Source: Candidatus Kuenenia stuttgartensis
GTDB lineage: Bacteria > Planctomycetota > Brocadiia > Brocadiales > Brocadiaceae
Assembly (NCBI RefSeq): GCF_900232105.1
Contig: NZ_LT934425.1
Coordinates: forward strand, 210,001 to 242,000
DNA: 32,000 nucleotides
Reading direction: 5' to 3'
A program made the position numbers and the translations under genes. Of this stretch, positions 17,901 to 26,109 are shown piece by piece; within the stretch, counting starts at the first letter, position 1; every line of letters starts with the position of its first letter. A model generated the notes under the pieces. That model was given only the letters and a program-made list of their open reading frames with translations, was not told the origin of the DNA and did no database searches.

Positions 17901-18336
17901 TATTTGGTGAACCAAATGGAAACAAAACGCTTGATGCCGATGAAACAGCCACGCCCTTCGGCTGAAAGATGTCACACATGGCAAGCTCAAAGCTTCCCCG
18001 TCCGGTATAAATAGCAGTAGCCTCCGGTCCTGACTCTTCTTTAATTTTATTAAGGTTTTCAACGATAATATCATAAGCATTATCCCAGGAAATCCTCTCA
18101 AACTCATATGTCCCCTTTGGACCCTTTCTCCGCATCGGGTAGCGAAGTCGATCTTTGGAATATACAATTTCCGCAGAGTGTTCTCCGAGCTTGCAAATCA
18201 TCCCCAGATGAGAGCTTCGATCAGGGCATACTTTATCAATCATTCCCTTCTCATCGTAGGTAACGGTAACCCAGCAGCCTGCCGGGCAGATTCCGCAAAT
18301 TGCATGTTTATCATTAATACTGCTTCTTGATTCCAT
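14929..18336 (-). CDS. fusion protein: Mo/W-bis(pyranopterin guanine dinucleotide) oxidoreductase (acetylene-hydratase/formate-dehydrogenase-like) N-module plus class-V cysteine desulfurase (NifS/IscS-like) C-module; candidate metallopterin-dependent ergothioneine synthase
   Basis: 1135-aa uninterrupted ORF. The N-terminal Fe-S motif CGICPAGCWV...C is followed by typical MopB segments (VVWGTNPATD, VVIDPRRT, IRPGTDGAL) and a C-terminal molybdopterin-binding barrel (..VTINTLDAEARNIKSGDLV..). From about residue 750 it reads IYLDHNATTP, GGGSEANN, the PLP-lysine SGHKLYGPKGVGALY and the catalytic Cys SSGSACRAG. Confidence 0.8.
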   Translation of the reverse strand: MESRSSINDKHAICGICPAGCWVTVTYDEKGMIDKVCPDRSSHLGMICKLGEHSAEIVYSKDRLRYPMRRKGPKGTYEFERISWDNAYDIIVENLNKIKEESGPEATAIYTGRGSFELAMCDIFQPKGVAVSSASSVLFPFGSPNTLGVGALCYVSFAMIAPHTTMGGMLINMFSDLENAQMIVVWGTNPATDCPPFDLNRIVNAQKQGAQIVVIDPRRTMTAKLTDAEWIPIRPGTDGALALGMCNVIIEEELYDEDFVKNWSVGFDDLARYVQHFGPDAVESITGVPAETIKSLARRIAEANGASPIMYSGLEYSDSGVQAIRATMVLWALAGQLDVPGGRCFTMHQNNFPINREDRIANPDVRKALGRERFPVYSAYRGESHAIALPESVLEGRPYRIRSLIILGGSIITAWPQPAVWRKTLNKLDFLVSVDRQLTADAAYADIVLPATTMYEIESYMTYGPIFRIREKVIEPVGEARNDFFILSELARRLGYGHLYPKNEEELLRHVLKGSGFALEDVQHAKGTVQTPTVMMQYKKWEKGLLRTDGKPGFDTPTGKFEIASTILEEHGYDPLPIYTEPGEGPHSQPDLAEEFPLVFNSGSRVTTDFRSQHHGISGLLKERPEPTVTINTLDAEARNIKSGDLVNIMTKRGTVTMCALVTDDIVQGAIDANMGGGGPVGPEKWQNCNVNELTDLQRYDPISGFPVYKTLLCDVAKATEREKIVEVDSGEYCDTAGMVESSVKPRHIEKRIYLDHNATTPLDPEVKKIMLQFIENGHGNPSSIYTEGKDARFAVEAARRSVAQLLNCTARRIIFTGGGSEANNLAVKGVAFANWNSKNHIITTTIEHPSVINTCEWLERHGFMVTYLKIDKTGKLNPEDLKSAITEKTCLISVMMANNETGSINPIAALVRIAKERNVLFHSDCVQAVGKIPIDVEALGVDLLTMSGHKLYGPKGVGALYISKGIVLEPLVNGGKQESGMRAGTENVLGIVGLGKAAELAVRRIHEMDRIKRMRDRLEAGIRELMAEAKMNGNPEALLPNTLNMTLPGIRGESVVLALDQKGISLSSGSACRAGSPKPSHALLAMGLTEEEAHCALRFSLGFGNMMEEIDRTITLLGEVIRDKKTMVRFVPCR

Positions 18337-18356
18337 AAATATTCCTTTTACTACTA

Positions 18357-19358
18357 TTAATCAATAGACGGCGCAAACAGGTTCAGGCTGAAAAACCGTT
18401 CAGGGTCAAACCATTGCTGTTCCACATAAAGGCCTGTCTTTTCTGCCAGCGTATCAATATCGTCGAGTGAATACTTGAATGAGTTTTCCGTGTGGATAGT
18501 TTCATTCGCCTTAAAACAAACCTCTAATTCAATGTCACGGATGAAGACCTTCTGATCAATATTACTGATCAGGTACATCTCAATTCGTCCAACTTTTTCA
18601 TTGTAAATTGCCTTATGATCAAATTTTTCGATATTAAAATTACCTCCAAGTTCTCTATTCACGTGTGTGAGGAGGTTCAGGTTGAACTCAGCAGTGATAC
18701 CCTGTGAATCATTGTAGGCATTTTCTATAATAGTTTTATCTTTTTGTAAATCTATGCCGACCAGAAACCTGTCATTGGGGAGCATTATTTTCTGTATATG
18801 TCGTAGAAGAGTCGTCACCTCTGACCTACCAAGGTTACCAATACTTGACCCTAACCATATAATGAGTTTCCGTTGTGCTGCCTGGATATTTAATTGATGA
18901 ATTCCTTCATTATATCGAGCGGCAATTGCATTTATTTCCAGATTCGGATATGCCTTGAGCAGAGAATAAGAACTTTCCTCAAGCATTTGGCGAGACACAT
19001 CTATAGGAGAATAATAAGCCAGACTTTGATGTTTAAGGAAGGTCTCTATTAAAATTCTTGTTTTTGTTGAGCTCCCACTTCCTAATTCTATAAGAGCAGT
19101 CTCTTTCGGAAATCGAGAGACAATATCATCCACGTTTGTCTCAAGGATATTCGTTTCTGTGCGCGTCGGGTAGTATTCCGGGAGTTCACAGATTTTCTCA
19201 AACAACTGTGATCCGATATGATCATAGAAATAAACAAAAGGAAGGTATTTGGACTCAGAGGCAAGACCGATTTTGACGTCTTCGGAGAAGTTATTTATGA
19301 AGATCTCGTCATCGGTTGTTGTAAGCATAAACCGCTCTTCAATTTTTGAAGTTGGCAT
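18357..19358 (-). CDS. egtD: EgtD-type SAM-dependent L-histidine N-alpha-methyltransferase (Methyltransf_33)
   Basis: Motifs FYDHIGSQLFEKICELPEYYPTRTE, LIELGSGSSTKTR, WLGSSIGNL, AYNDSQGITAEFNLNLL and TENSFKY are present. The preferred start is the ATG at 19358 with GGAGGA 10 nt upstream; the track start at 19376 is a TTG. The stop is 20 bp upstream of the fusion gene. Confidence 0.85.
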   Translation of the reverse strand: MPTSKIEERFMLTTTDDEIFINNFSEDVKIGLASESKYLPFVYFYDHIGSQLFEKICELPEYYPTRTETNILETNVDDIVSRFPKETALIELGSGSSTKTRILIETFLKHQSLAYYSPIDVSRQMLEESSYSLLKAYPNLEINAIAARYNEGIHQLNIQAAQRKLIIWLGSSIGNLGRSEVTTLLRHIQKIMLPNDRFLVGIDLQKDKTIIENAYNDSQGITAEFNLNLLTHVNRELGGNFNIEKFDHKAIYNEKVGRIEMYLISNIDQKVFIRDIELEVCFKANETIHTENSFKYSLDDIDTLAEKTGLYVEQQWFDPERFFSLNLFAPSID

Positions 19359-19588
19359 TAGATGTTTCTCCTCCAAAGATGACAGGAAATTGCCTTTTTC
19401 TATCGGGTGTTCAGTTTAATAAAAACAAAGAAAATTACAAGATCTTTTTATTTTATCAGCCCTATTGAACACCAAAGAAGAGAGGCGTAGGGAAGAAGGA
19501 TGTGGAATTATAGGTGAACTATAAGAAAATGGATAATGTGCAGCACATTACCCGATTTTATACAAGAAATTGACAAAGGCTTGCTCCC

Positions 19589-20127
19589 ATGCAAATGGGG
19601 AACGGCAAGACCTTCCCCATATCCTGCAGAGAGAGTATGCGTGCCGTTTTAGACGGTTATAGCAGACAAATAGTCCATTGGGAAATCCGGAAAACAATGA
19701 AGGAAACGGAGGTGGAAATTATCCTGAAACGGGCTAAAGAGAAGTATCCAAATGTCAAACCAAGGATCATTTCTGACAATGGTCCACAGTTCATAGCAAA
19801 GGATTTCAAGGACTATCTCCGGATAAGCGGGACGGCACATGTTAAAACAACACCTTTCTATCCTCAAAGTAACGGAAAAATAGAAAGATGGCACAAGACA
19901 ATAAAGCAGGAAGTATTCGCTCCTATTGCCCTGTAAACCTGCAAGATGCCCGGCGAATCGTGGATGAATTTGTTGTGCATTACAACACGAAACGATTACA
20001 TAGCGCAATAGGTTATATCGCCCCGCAGGACAAATTGCTCGGACGTAAAAAAGAAATCTTTTTGGAACGAGACCGAAAATTAAGTGAAGCGCGGCAACGG
20101 CGGGCGGCTAAACGAAAGATCGTTTGA
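19589..20127 (+). pseudogene. rve (integrase-core) DDE transposase remnant, 5'-truncated and frameshifted (IS3/IS481-like, family unresolved)
   Basis: AVLDGYSRQIVHWEI..PRIISDNGPQFIAKDF..FYPQSNGKIERWHKTIKQE, then a -1 shift near 19905-19915 into SIRSYCPVNLQDARRIVDEFVVHYNTKRLHSAIGYIAPQDKL. There is no N-terminal HTH region. Confidence 0.75.
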
Positions 20128-20385
20128 CAGAAAGGCGGTGAAGGAATAGAATCGTGCCGTCCGACAAAACAGAGGCGGGCTCTGCTGGGGAGCAATCCGC
20201 CGAGGGATAGCCGGACGAGGAACGACGGATCGTCATTCCGAGAGAGGAGGCAAATCGATCCTATTTCGCTCACAACCAAAGAATGACGAACCAGAGTTCC
20301 TCTTATACCTAAAATAAACCATGGGGGTCTGGGGTAAAGCTACAGCTTTAGTAGTTTATTTTAAATTCGAAAATTCCCATTTACG

Positions 20386-20691
20386 GTGAATCAACACAAG
20401 ATGAACCGTAGAAATCTTGTCCGGGCGTTTGATATTGCCAAGGAAAATGCCAGCATACAAAACTTTCATTTCCACGATGTACGCCATTGCTTTGCGACAA
20501 GGTTAGCGCAAAGGGGCATTGATATTTACAGAATATCAAAACTGCCAGGGCATCTTAACATCACCATGACCCAGCGTTATGCACATCATTGTCCTGAAAG
20601 TTTAAGGGGTGGGATCGAGGTTTTAGAGAAAGTTGACTACAGTGGGGGTAAACAGAAATGTATCAACGGCCTGAAAACCCTTATAAAATAA
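20386..20691 (+). pseudogene. C-terminal fragment of a tyrosine recombinase/phage-type integrase
   Basis: Only about 100 aa are present: FHFHDVRHCFATRLAQRGIDIYRISKLPGHLNITMTQRYAH (the catalytic H-x-x-R, H and Y region). The N-terminal two thirds are missing. It ends 1 nt from the tRNA 3' end. Confidence 0.75.
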
Positions 20692-20692
20692 G

Positions 20693-20765
20693 AGCCCGCG
20701 ATCGGAGTCGAACCGACAACCTCATCATTACGAATGACGTGCTCCGCCAATTGAGCTACGCGGGC
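20693..20765 (-). tRNA. tRNA-Thr (anticodon CGU)
   Basis: Hand-folded cloverleaf: acceptor GCCCGCG/CGCGGGC, D-arm GCTC..GAGC, anticodon stem CGTCA/TGATG with loop TTCGTAA, T-arm GTCGG TTCGACT CCGAT. There is no encoded CCA. Confidence 0.9.
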
Positions 20766-20836
20766 TTATTGCATAATAAAATTATGTCGCGATTATAAAA
20801 CAAATTTACCGATTTTCAATCTTTTATAGCAAAGTA

Positions 20837-21670
20837 TTACAATTTTACAGATTTTCTTACAATGTTGTAAATATCCTTCGTTTGTTCTATAAGGAACTGC
20901 AAATCATTCAACGGCAGCATTGTGGCGGCATCGGAAAGCGCCCGTTCCGGATGCTCATGCACTTCCAGGAAGAGTCCGTCACACCCACCTGTTGCGATAG
21001 CCGCTCTTGCAAGCGGCGCTACCATAGTTCTATCACCGCCGGACATGCTTCCCTGCCCTCCAGGAAGCTGTGTACTGTGGGTTGCATCAAAGATAACAGG
21101 ACAATTTAACGTTTTCATAATAATCAGGGAACGCATATCGCTTACCAAATTGTTATATCCAAAACACGCGCCTCGTTCTGTGAGAAGAATCTGCCCGTTT
21201 CCGGTGCTTCTTATTTTTTCAACAACCGATTTCATATCCCAAGGCGATAAAAATTGCCCTTTTTTTATATTAACAGGTTTACCGGTATCTGCCGCAGCGA
21301 CGATTAAATCCGTCTGCCTGCACAAAAAAGCGGGGATTTGAATAATATCAAGCACATCCGCCGCCATTGATATCTCTTCCGTGCAATGTACGTCGGACAG
21401 GATTGGAATCTTCAACCGTTCTTTAATCTTACGTAATATTTCCAGCCCTTTTGTAATGCCGGGGCCTCTGTACGAATGGACGGAAGTCCTGTTTGCCTTG
21501 TCATATGAAGCTTTAAATATGAAAGGTGCCTTATTTTTAAGAAAAATGTCCTTTAACGTTTCCGCTAACCGAAAACAGCTTTCTTCGCTTTCTATTATGC
21601 AAGGCCCTGCGATAAAAAATAATTCAGATTCGCCTATCGAAAAGTTATTTAATGGTATTTTATTTGACAT
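20837..21670 (-). CDS. kdsA: 3-deoxy-8-phosphooctulonate (KDO8P) synthase
   Basis: Motifs FFIAGPCIIES, FKASYDKANRTS, IQIPAFLCRQTDL, KKGQFLSPWDM and VIFDATHS are present. The start MSNKIPL at 21670 is preferred because the longer ORF start reads through a repeat and overlaps the upstream gene. Confidence 0.9.
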   Translation of the reverse strand: MSNKIPLNNFSIGESELFFIAGPCIIESEESCFRLAETLKDIFLKNKAPFIFKASYDKANRTSVHSYRGPGITKGLEILRKIKERLKIPILSDVHCTEEISMAADVLDIIQIPAFLCRQTDLIVAAADTGKPVNIKKGQFLSPWDMKSVVEKIRSTGNGQILLTERGACFGYNNLVSDMRSLIIMKTLNCPVIFDATHSTQLPGGQGSMSGGDRTMVAPLARAAIATGGCDGLFLEVHEHPERALSDAATMLPLNDLQFLIEQTKDIYNIVRKSVKL

Positions 21671-21716
21671 AGTTTCGGGAGTTTGGGAACGAGTTGTGCT
21701 TCGGTAGTTTAATAGA

Positions 21717-22187
21717 CTATGCCGAAAAGCTACCAATTTCCTTAAATACCTTCTCTATTATTTCAGGTATTGCATTTTTTAATTCCATGGAAAGTTTCAT
21801 TCCGTATTTAACAGTTTTTGGCTGGACTCCAATAATCCTTATCTCTGGGAGATTGTCGAGAAGTGTTGCCATTTTAATCACTTCCAACAAGTCAGTTTCG
21901 TGTAAGGAATATCTGATTTTTCGATAAGAAGAATAAATGGCGTTGCCTTTGAAGCTGATTATTGCACCGGGTTTCTTACCATTATCAACCGCATCTATAA
22001 AGATAACCCTGCCTGCTTCATACATAAGTTCAAGAAGTTTAAACCCGCCGGTACCACCGTCAAATATTTCGATATTTTCCGGTAATTTATGCTTCAACAA
22101 TTCATTTACTGCATGGATTCCAATACCTTCATCCATTAAGAGAAGATTGCCAATTCCTATGATTTTTATTTTATTGTATTTCCCCAT
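21717..22187 (-). CDS. hydrogenase maturation endopeptidase (HyaD/HybD/HoxW family)
   Basis: 156 aa with the IIGIGNLLLMDEGIGIHAV motif, FIDAVD, and SLHE with a downstream conserved pattern. Confidence 0.8.
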   Translation of the reverse strand: MGKYNKIKIIGIGNLLLMDEGIGIHAVNELLKHKLPENIEIFDGGTGGFKLLELMYEAGRVIFIDAVDNGKKPGAIISFKGNAIYSSYRKIRYSLHETDLLEVIKMATLLDNLPEIRIIGVQPKTVKYGMKLSMELKNAIPEIIEKVFKEIGSFSA

Positions 22188-22237
22188 CCATAATATGTTC
22201 TGGTATGTGAAAACAGAGGGTTCATCCTAATGTATTT

Positions 22238-25200
22238 CTACGGCTTCCATTCTGCCATATGTTTTAACAATTTCCATTTCCTTTGGATATCTGCTTCCGC
22301 AAGCTTCATCAACTCTTTTGCCATCTCAGGATTGGCTGACCTAAGGGCCTTATATCTATTTTCGCGGTAAGCATATTCTTCAAATGGGATTGATGGATCC
22401 TTACTGTTGATTACGAAAGGATTTTCGCCTTGTGCTTCAAGGTCAGGATTGTAACGATATAGGGGCCAATATCCACAAGCAACGGCCTTTTTTTGCGCCT
22501 CTATTCCCTTGCTCATATCCATACCGTGCGCAATGCAAGTTGAATATGCTATGATTAAAGCAGGGCCTTTATATGCATCCGCTTCAATAAATGCCTTGAG
22601 CGTTTGTGCCTGATTCGCTCCAAAAGCTACCTGGGCAATATAGACATTGCCGTAATTTGACATAATCATGCCAATATTCTTCTTTGGAGTCCGTTTCCCG
22701 CCTGCAGCAAATTGTGCAATTGCCCCTAAAGGGGTCGCCTTTGACATCTGCCCGCCCGTATTTGAATACACTTCTGTATCCAATATAAGCAGTTTAATAT
22801 TTTCCCCGGACGCCAAAACATGGTCTACGCCGCCATAGCCGATATCGTATCCCCAGCCATCGCCACCTACAGACCATACAGATTTTTTCACCAGATAATC
22901 TGCAAGAGAAAGCAGGTGTTTTGCTTCTGAAGAACCATCATTTTTTAACAACTGTTTAAGTTTTTCAACACGCTCTCTTTGTTCTTCAATTGATTTCTGA
23001 TTCGATTGGTCTGCATCAATTAGCGCATCAAATAGTTCTTTAGAACCAGCATAAGTATCTTTTACTGATAGTTTATTAATAAGTTCTACTGCCTGTTTGT
23101 GGAAATTATCCACCGCTTGCCGCATACCAAGGCCAAACTCCGCCGTATCCTCAAATAATGAGTTTGACCATGCAGGCCCCCTTCCGTCATCCCGCTTTGT
23201 GTAAGGAGTAGTTGGCAGGTTCCCACCATAAATAGAACTGCAACCAGTTGCGTTTGCTATCAATAACCGGTCGCCAAATAATTGTGTAAGTAATTTAATA
23301 TATGGGGTCTCCCCGCAACCAACACAGGCGCCGCTATATTCAAAGAGCGGCTTTACAAATTGACTGCCTTTTACGTTCGAAATACTGAACCTTGATGTAT
23401 CGGTTTCCGGCAGCTTTAAAAAGAAATCATAATTTTCTGCTTCAATGCATCGTAAAGGTTCTTGTAATTTCATATTAATCGCCTTAACCCCTGGTATCTT
23501 ATTACCGTTAGAGTCCTTTTTCTGACCAGGGCAATTGAACACGCAAGATGCACATCCGGTACAATCTTCAGGAGCAACCTGTACCGTAAATTTAAGCCCC
23601 TGAAGATCTTTTCCCGTCGCATCTATGGATTTGAAAGCACGAGGAGCATCTTTGAGCAACGAAGGATCATATGCTTTAATTCTGATTGAAGCATGAGGAC
23701 ACACAAAAGAACACTGACCACATTGTATACATGCGTCAGGTTCCCATTCAGGAATATGGACGCCAATGTTTCTTTTTTCATATTGCGTAGTTCCTGTTGG
23801 CCAGGTCCCGTCATCCGGGATTGCCGATACCGGCAATGAATCTCCTTTATTTGCAAGCAATTTTGCTGTTACATTCCTGACAAATTCAGGTGCATTATCC
23901 GGTACAGGCTTAATCATCCTTACCTTGCTCTTGGCTTTATCAGGAATCGGCACCTCGATAATACTTTGCAGCGCCCGGTCAACTGCTTCATAATTCAACT
24001 TCACCACTTCTTCGCCCTTCTTTATATAAGTCTTTTTAATCTCTTTTTTAATAGACTCTATTGCTTTTTCTTTTGGGATAATACCCGATATAACAAAAAA
24101 GGCTGTTTGCATTATCATATTTATTCTTGCGCCAAGGCCAATTTCTTCGGCAAGTGAAATGGCATCGATTATATAAAGCTTCATTTTTTTCTTAATGAGT
24201 TGTTCCTGGACTTCAACGGGCAGTGAGTCCCATGCGTCATCCCTGGTATGCGAAGTTGTGAGAAGAAAGGTTGCGCCTTCTTCTGCATTGGATAACATAT
24301 CAATTTTTTCAGGGAAAGCGGGATTGTGGCAGGCAATAAAATTCGCCTTTGAAATAAGATAGGGTTTATTGATTTTTTCTTTCCCAAATCTCAGATGTGA
24401 TACGGTTGTAGCGCCGGCTTTCTTCGAATCATAAACAAAATATGCCTGTGAATAATTATCCGTTTCATCGCCAATAATTTTTATAGTGTTTTTATTGGCG
24501 CCTACCGTGCCGTCAGAACCTAATCCGTAAAATAATGCCCGAAATACCTTGCTTTCATCATTATTAAAGTTTTCATCATATTCCAGGCTCGTATTACATA
24601 CATCGTCATCAATACCAATGGTGAAGTGATTCTTTGGGGTCTCTTTTGAAATATTATCATATACGGCCTTTACCATTGCAGGGGTAAAATCTTTTGACCC
24701 AAGTCCATATCTTCCGCCGACTATCTTTGGATACTCCCTGAATTTTGCAATGCCTTTTTCCATCGCCTCGCTTATCGCAGTTCTCACATCAAGATAGAGT
24801 GGTTCACCAATCGCACCAGGCTCCTTTGTCCTGTCAAGCACCGCAATAGCTTTTACGCTTACCGGCAATGTTTTTACAAACGTATCAATATCAAAAGGTC
24901 TGAACAACCTGACCTGCAGAAGCCCAAGTTTTTTACCGTTTTTATTAAGGGCGCTAATGGTGTTTGCAACTGTTTCACCGCCTGAACCCATAATGACGAT
25001 GATATTTTCCGCATCGGGCGCTCCATAATAATCAAATAGTTTATATTGGCGACCAACAATACCTGCAAATCTGTCCATCACTTTTTGCACTATCGCGGGA
25101 GTTGCGTTGTAGTATTTATTCACCGTCTCCCTGCCTTGAAAATACACGTCAGGATTCTGTGATGTGCCTCTGATAGCGGGATGATCCGGGGAAAGCCCTC

Positions 25201-25816
25201 TTTTGCGATGGGCAATAACAAGATCGTCATTTATCATCGCACGCATATCATCAAAGCTTAGTTCCTCAATCTTCTGTACCTCGTGAGAGGTTCTGAAACC
25301 GTCAAAGAAATGAATAAATGGAATCCTAGACTCAAGAGTCGCTGCCTGTGATATAAGGGCAAAATCCATTGCTTCCTGAACATTCTGGGAACACAACATT
25401 GCGAATCCGGTAGCACGGGCAGCCATTACGTCAGAATGATCACCAAATATCGACAGCCCCTGGCATGCAAGCGAGCGAGCTGTTATATGAAAAACAGTAG
25501 GCGTTAATTCGCCTGCTATTTTATACATATTCGGTATAATAAGTAACAGCCCCTGGGAAGCAGAATTAGTCGTGGCTAATGCCCCTGTCGTTAAAGACCC
25601 GTGGACAGCGCCTGCGACACCGGCTTCTGACTGCATCTGACTCACTTTGGGAACTGTGCCCCATATGTTTACTTGTCCTTTTGCTGACTTAGCGTCGCAA
25701 ATCTCCGCAATTGGGGAAGACGGGGTTATTGGATAGATTGTAATTATTTCGTTTGTAGCATGTACTACATGTGCGCATGCGGTACAACCATCGACGATTA
25801 CTGTCCTACGATTCAT
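22238..25816 (-). CDS. nifJ: pyruvate:ferredoxin (flavodoxin) oxidoreductase, homodimeric single-chain type
   Basis: 1192 aa. N-terminus DGCTACAHVVHATNEIITIYPITPSSPIAE. Two ferredoxin-type clusters, CIQCGQCSFVCPHA and CTGCASCVFNCPG. TPP-binding region GGDGWGYDIGYGG. Confidence 0.95.
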   Translation of the reverse strand: MNRRTVIVDGCTACAHVVHATNEIITIYPITPSSPIAEICDAKSAKGQVNIWGTVPKVSQMQSEAGVAGAVHGSLTTGALATTNSASQGLLLIIPNMYKIAGELTPTVFHITARSLACQGLSIFGDHSDVMAARATGFAMLCSQNVQEAMDFALISQAATLESRIPFIHFFDGFRTSHEVQKIEELSFDDMRAMINDDLVIAHRKRGLSPDHPAIRGTSQNPDVYFQGRETVNKYYNATPAIVQKVMDRFAGIVGRQYKLFDYYGAPDAENIIVIMGSGGETVANTISALNKNGKKLGLLQVRLFRPFDIDTFVKTLPVSVKAIAVLDRTKEPGAIGEPLYLDVRTAISEAMEKGIAKFREYPKIVGGRYGLGSKDFTPAMVKAVYDNISKETPKNHFTIGIDDDVCNTSLEYDENFNNDESKVFRALFYGLGSDGTVGANKNTIKIIGDETDNYSQAYFVYDSKKAGATTVSHLRFGKEKINKPYLISKANFIACHNPAFPEKIDMLSNAEEGATFLLTTSHTRDDAWDSLPVEVQEQLIKKKMKLYIIDAISLAEEIGLGARINMIMQTAFFVISGIIPKEKAIESIKKEIKKTYIKKGEEVVKLNYEAVDRALQSIIEVPIPDKAKSKVRMIKPVPDNAPEFVRNVTAKLLANKGDSLPVSAIPDDGTWPTGTTQYEKRNIGVHIPEWEPDACIQCGQCSFVCPHASIRIKAYDPSLLKDAPRAFKSIDATGKDLQGLKFTVQVAPEDCTGCASCVFNCPGQKKDSNGNKIPGVKAINMKLQEPLRCIEAENYDFFLKLPETDTSRFSISNVKGSQFVKPLFEYSGACVGCGETPYIKLLTQLFGDRLLIANATGCSSIYGGNLPTTPYTKRDDGRGPAWSNSLFEDTAEFGLGMRQAVDNFHKQAVELINKLSVKDTYAGSKELFDALIDADQSNQKSIEEQRERVEKLKQLLKNDGSSEAKHLLSLADYLVKKSVWSVGGDGWGYDIGYGGVDHVLASGENIKLLILDTEVYSNTGGQMSKATPLGAIAQFAAGGKRTPKKNIGMIMSNYGNVYIAQVAFGANQAQTLKAFIEADAYKGPALIIAYSTCIAHGMDMSKGIEAQKKAVACGYWPLYRYNPDLEAQGENPFVINSKDPSIPFEEYAYRENRYKALRSANPEMAKELMKLAEADIQRKWKLLKHMAEWKP

Positions 25817-26109
25817 TCCTTTCTCCTTGCAGATTATATTTATCCATTACTAAAATACTTAATTGGGGCCAGAAAAGCATAATTTCTTCATTAATAGTAA
25901 CTATTCAGCGTAATTTATTAAACTACCGGAGCTCAGAACGTAACTCGTTCCCAAACTCCACAGACTGAGTCAAATAAAAGTTGCAGCGATGGTGTATATT
26001 CGGCTTAAAAAGTATAGATAATTTTTTTCTACACTTTATTTTGTATCAGGTCTAAAAATTCCCGTAATATATCTTTATTAGTGCATTCCGGTGTCTAATC
26101 CCTCTGGTT

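Noticed and set aside
14954-18167. Many 60-145-aa ORFs on both strands inside the 1135-aa gene; likewise 20882-21707 inside kdsA and 23623-25068 inside por
   Set aside because: They are overlapping shadow ORFs of long, well-supported genes and carry no independent motifs.
14929-18336. Possible selenocysteine (in-frame TGA) as in formate-dehydrogenase-type Mo enzymes
   Set aside because: The ORF is uninterrupted, with no in-frame TGA. The conserved position appears to be an ordinary residue.
20130-20260. Locally G/C-rich patch after the rve remnant, considered as a structured ncRNA
   Set aside because: I could not find a consistent helix pattern. It is most simply the untranslated 3' end of the decayed IS.
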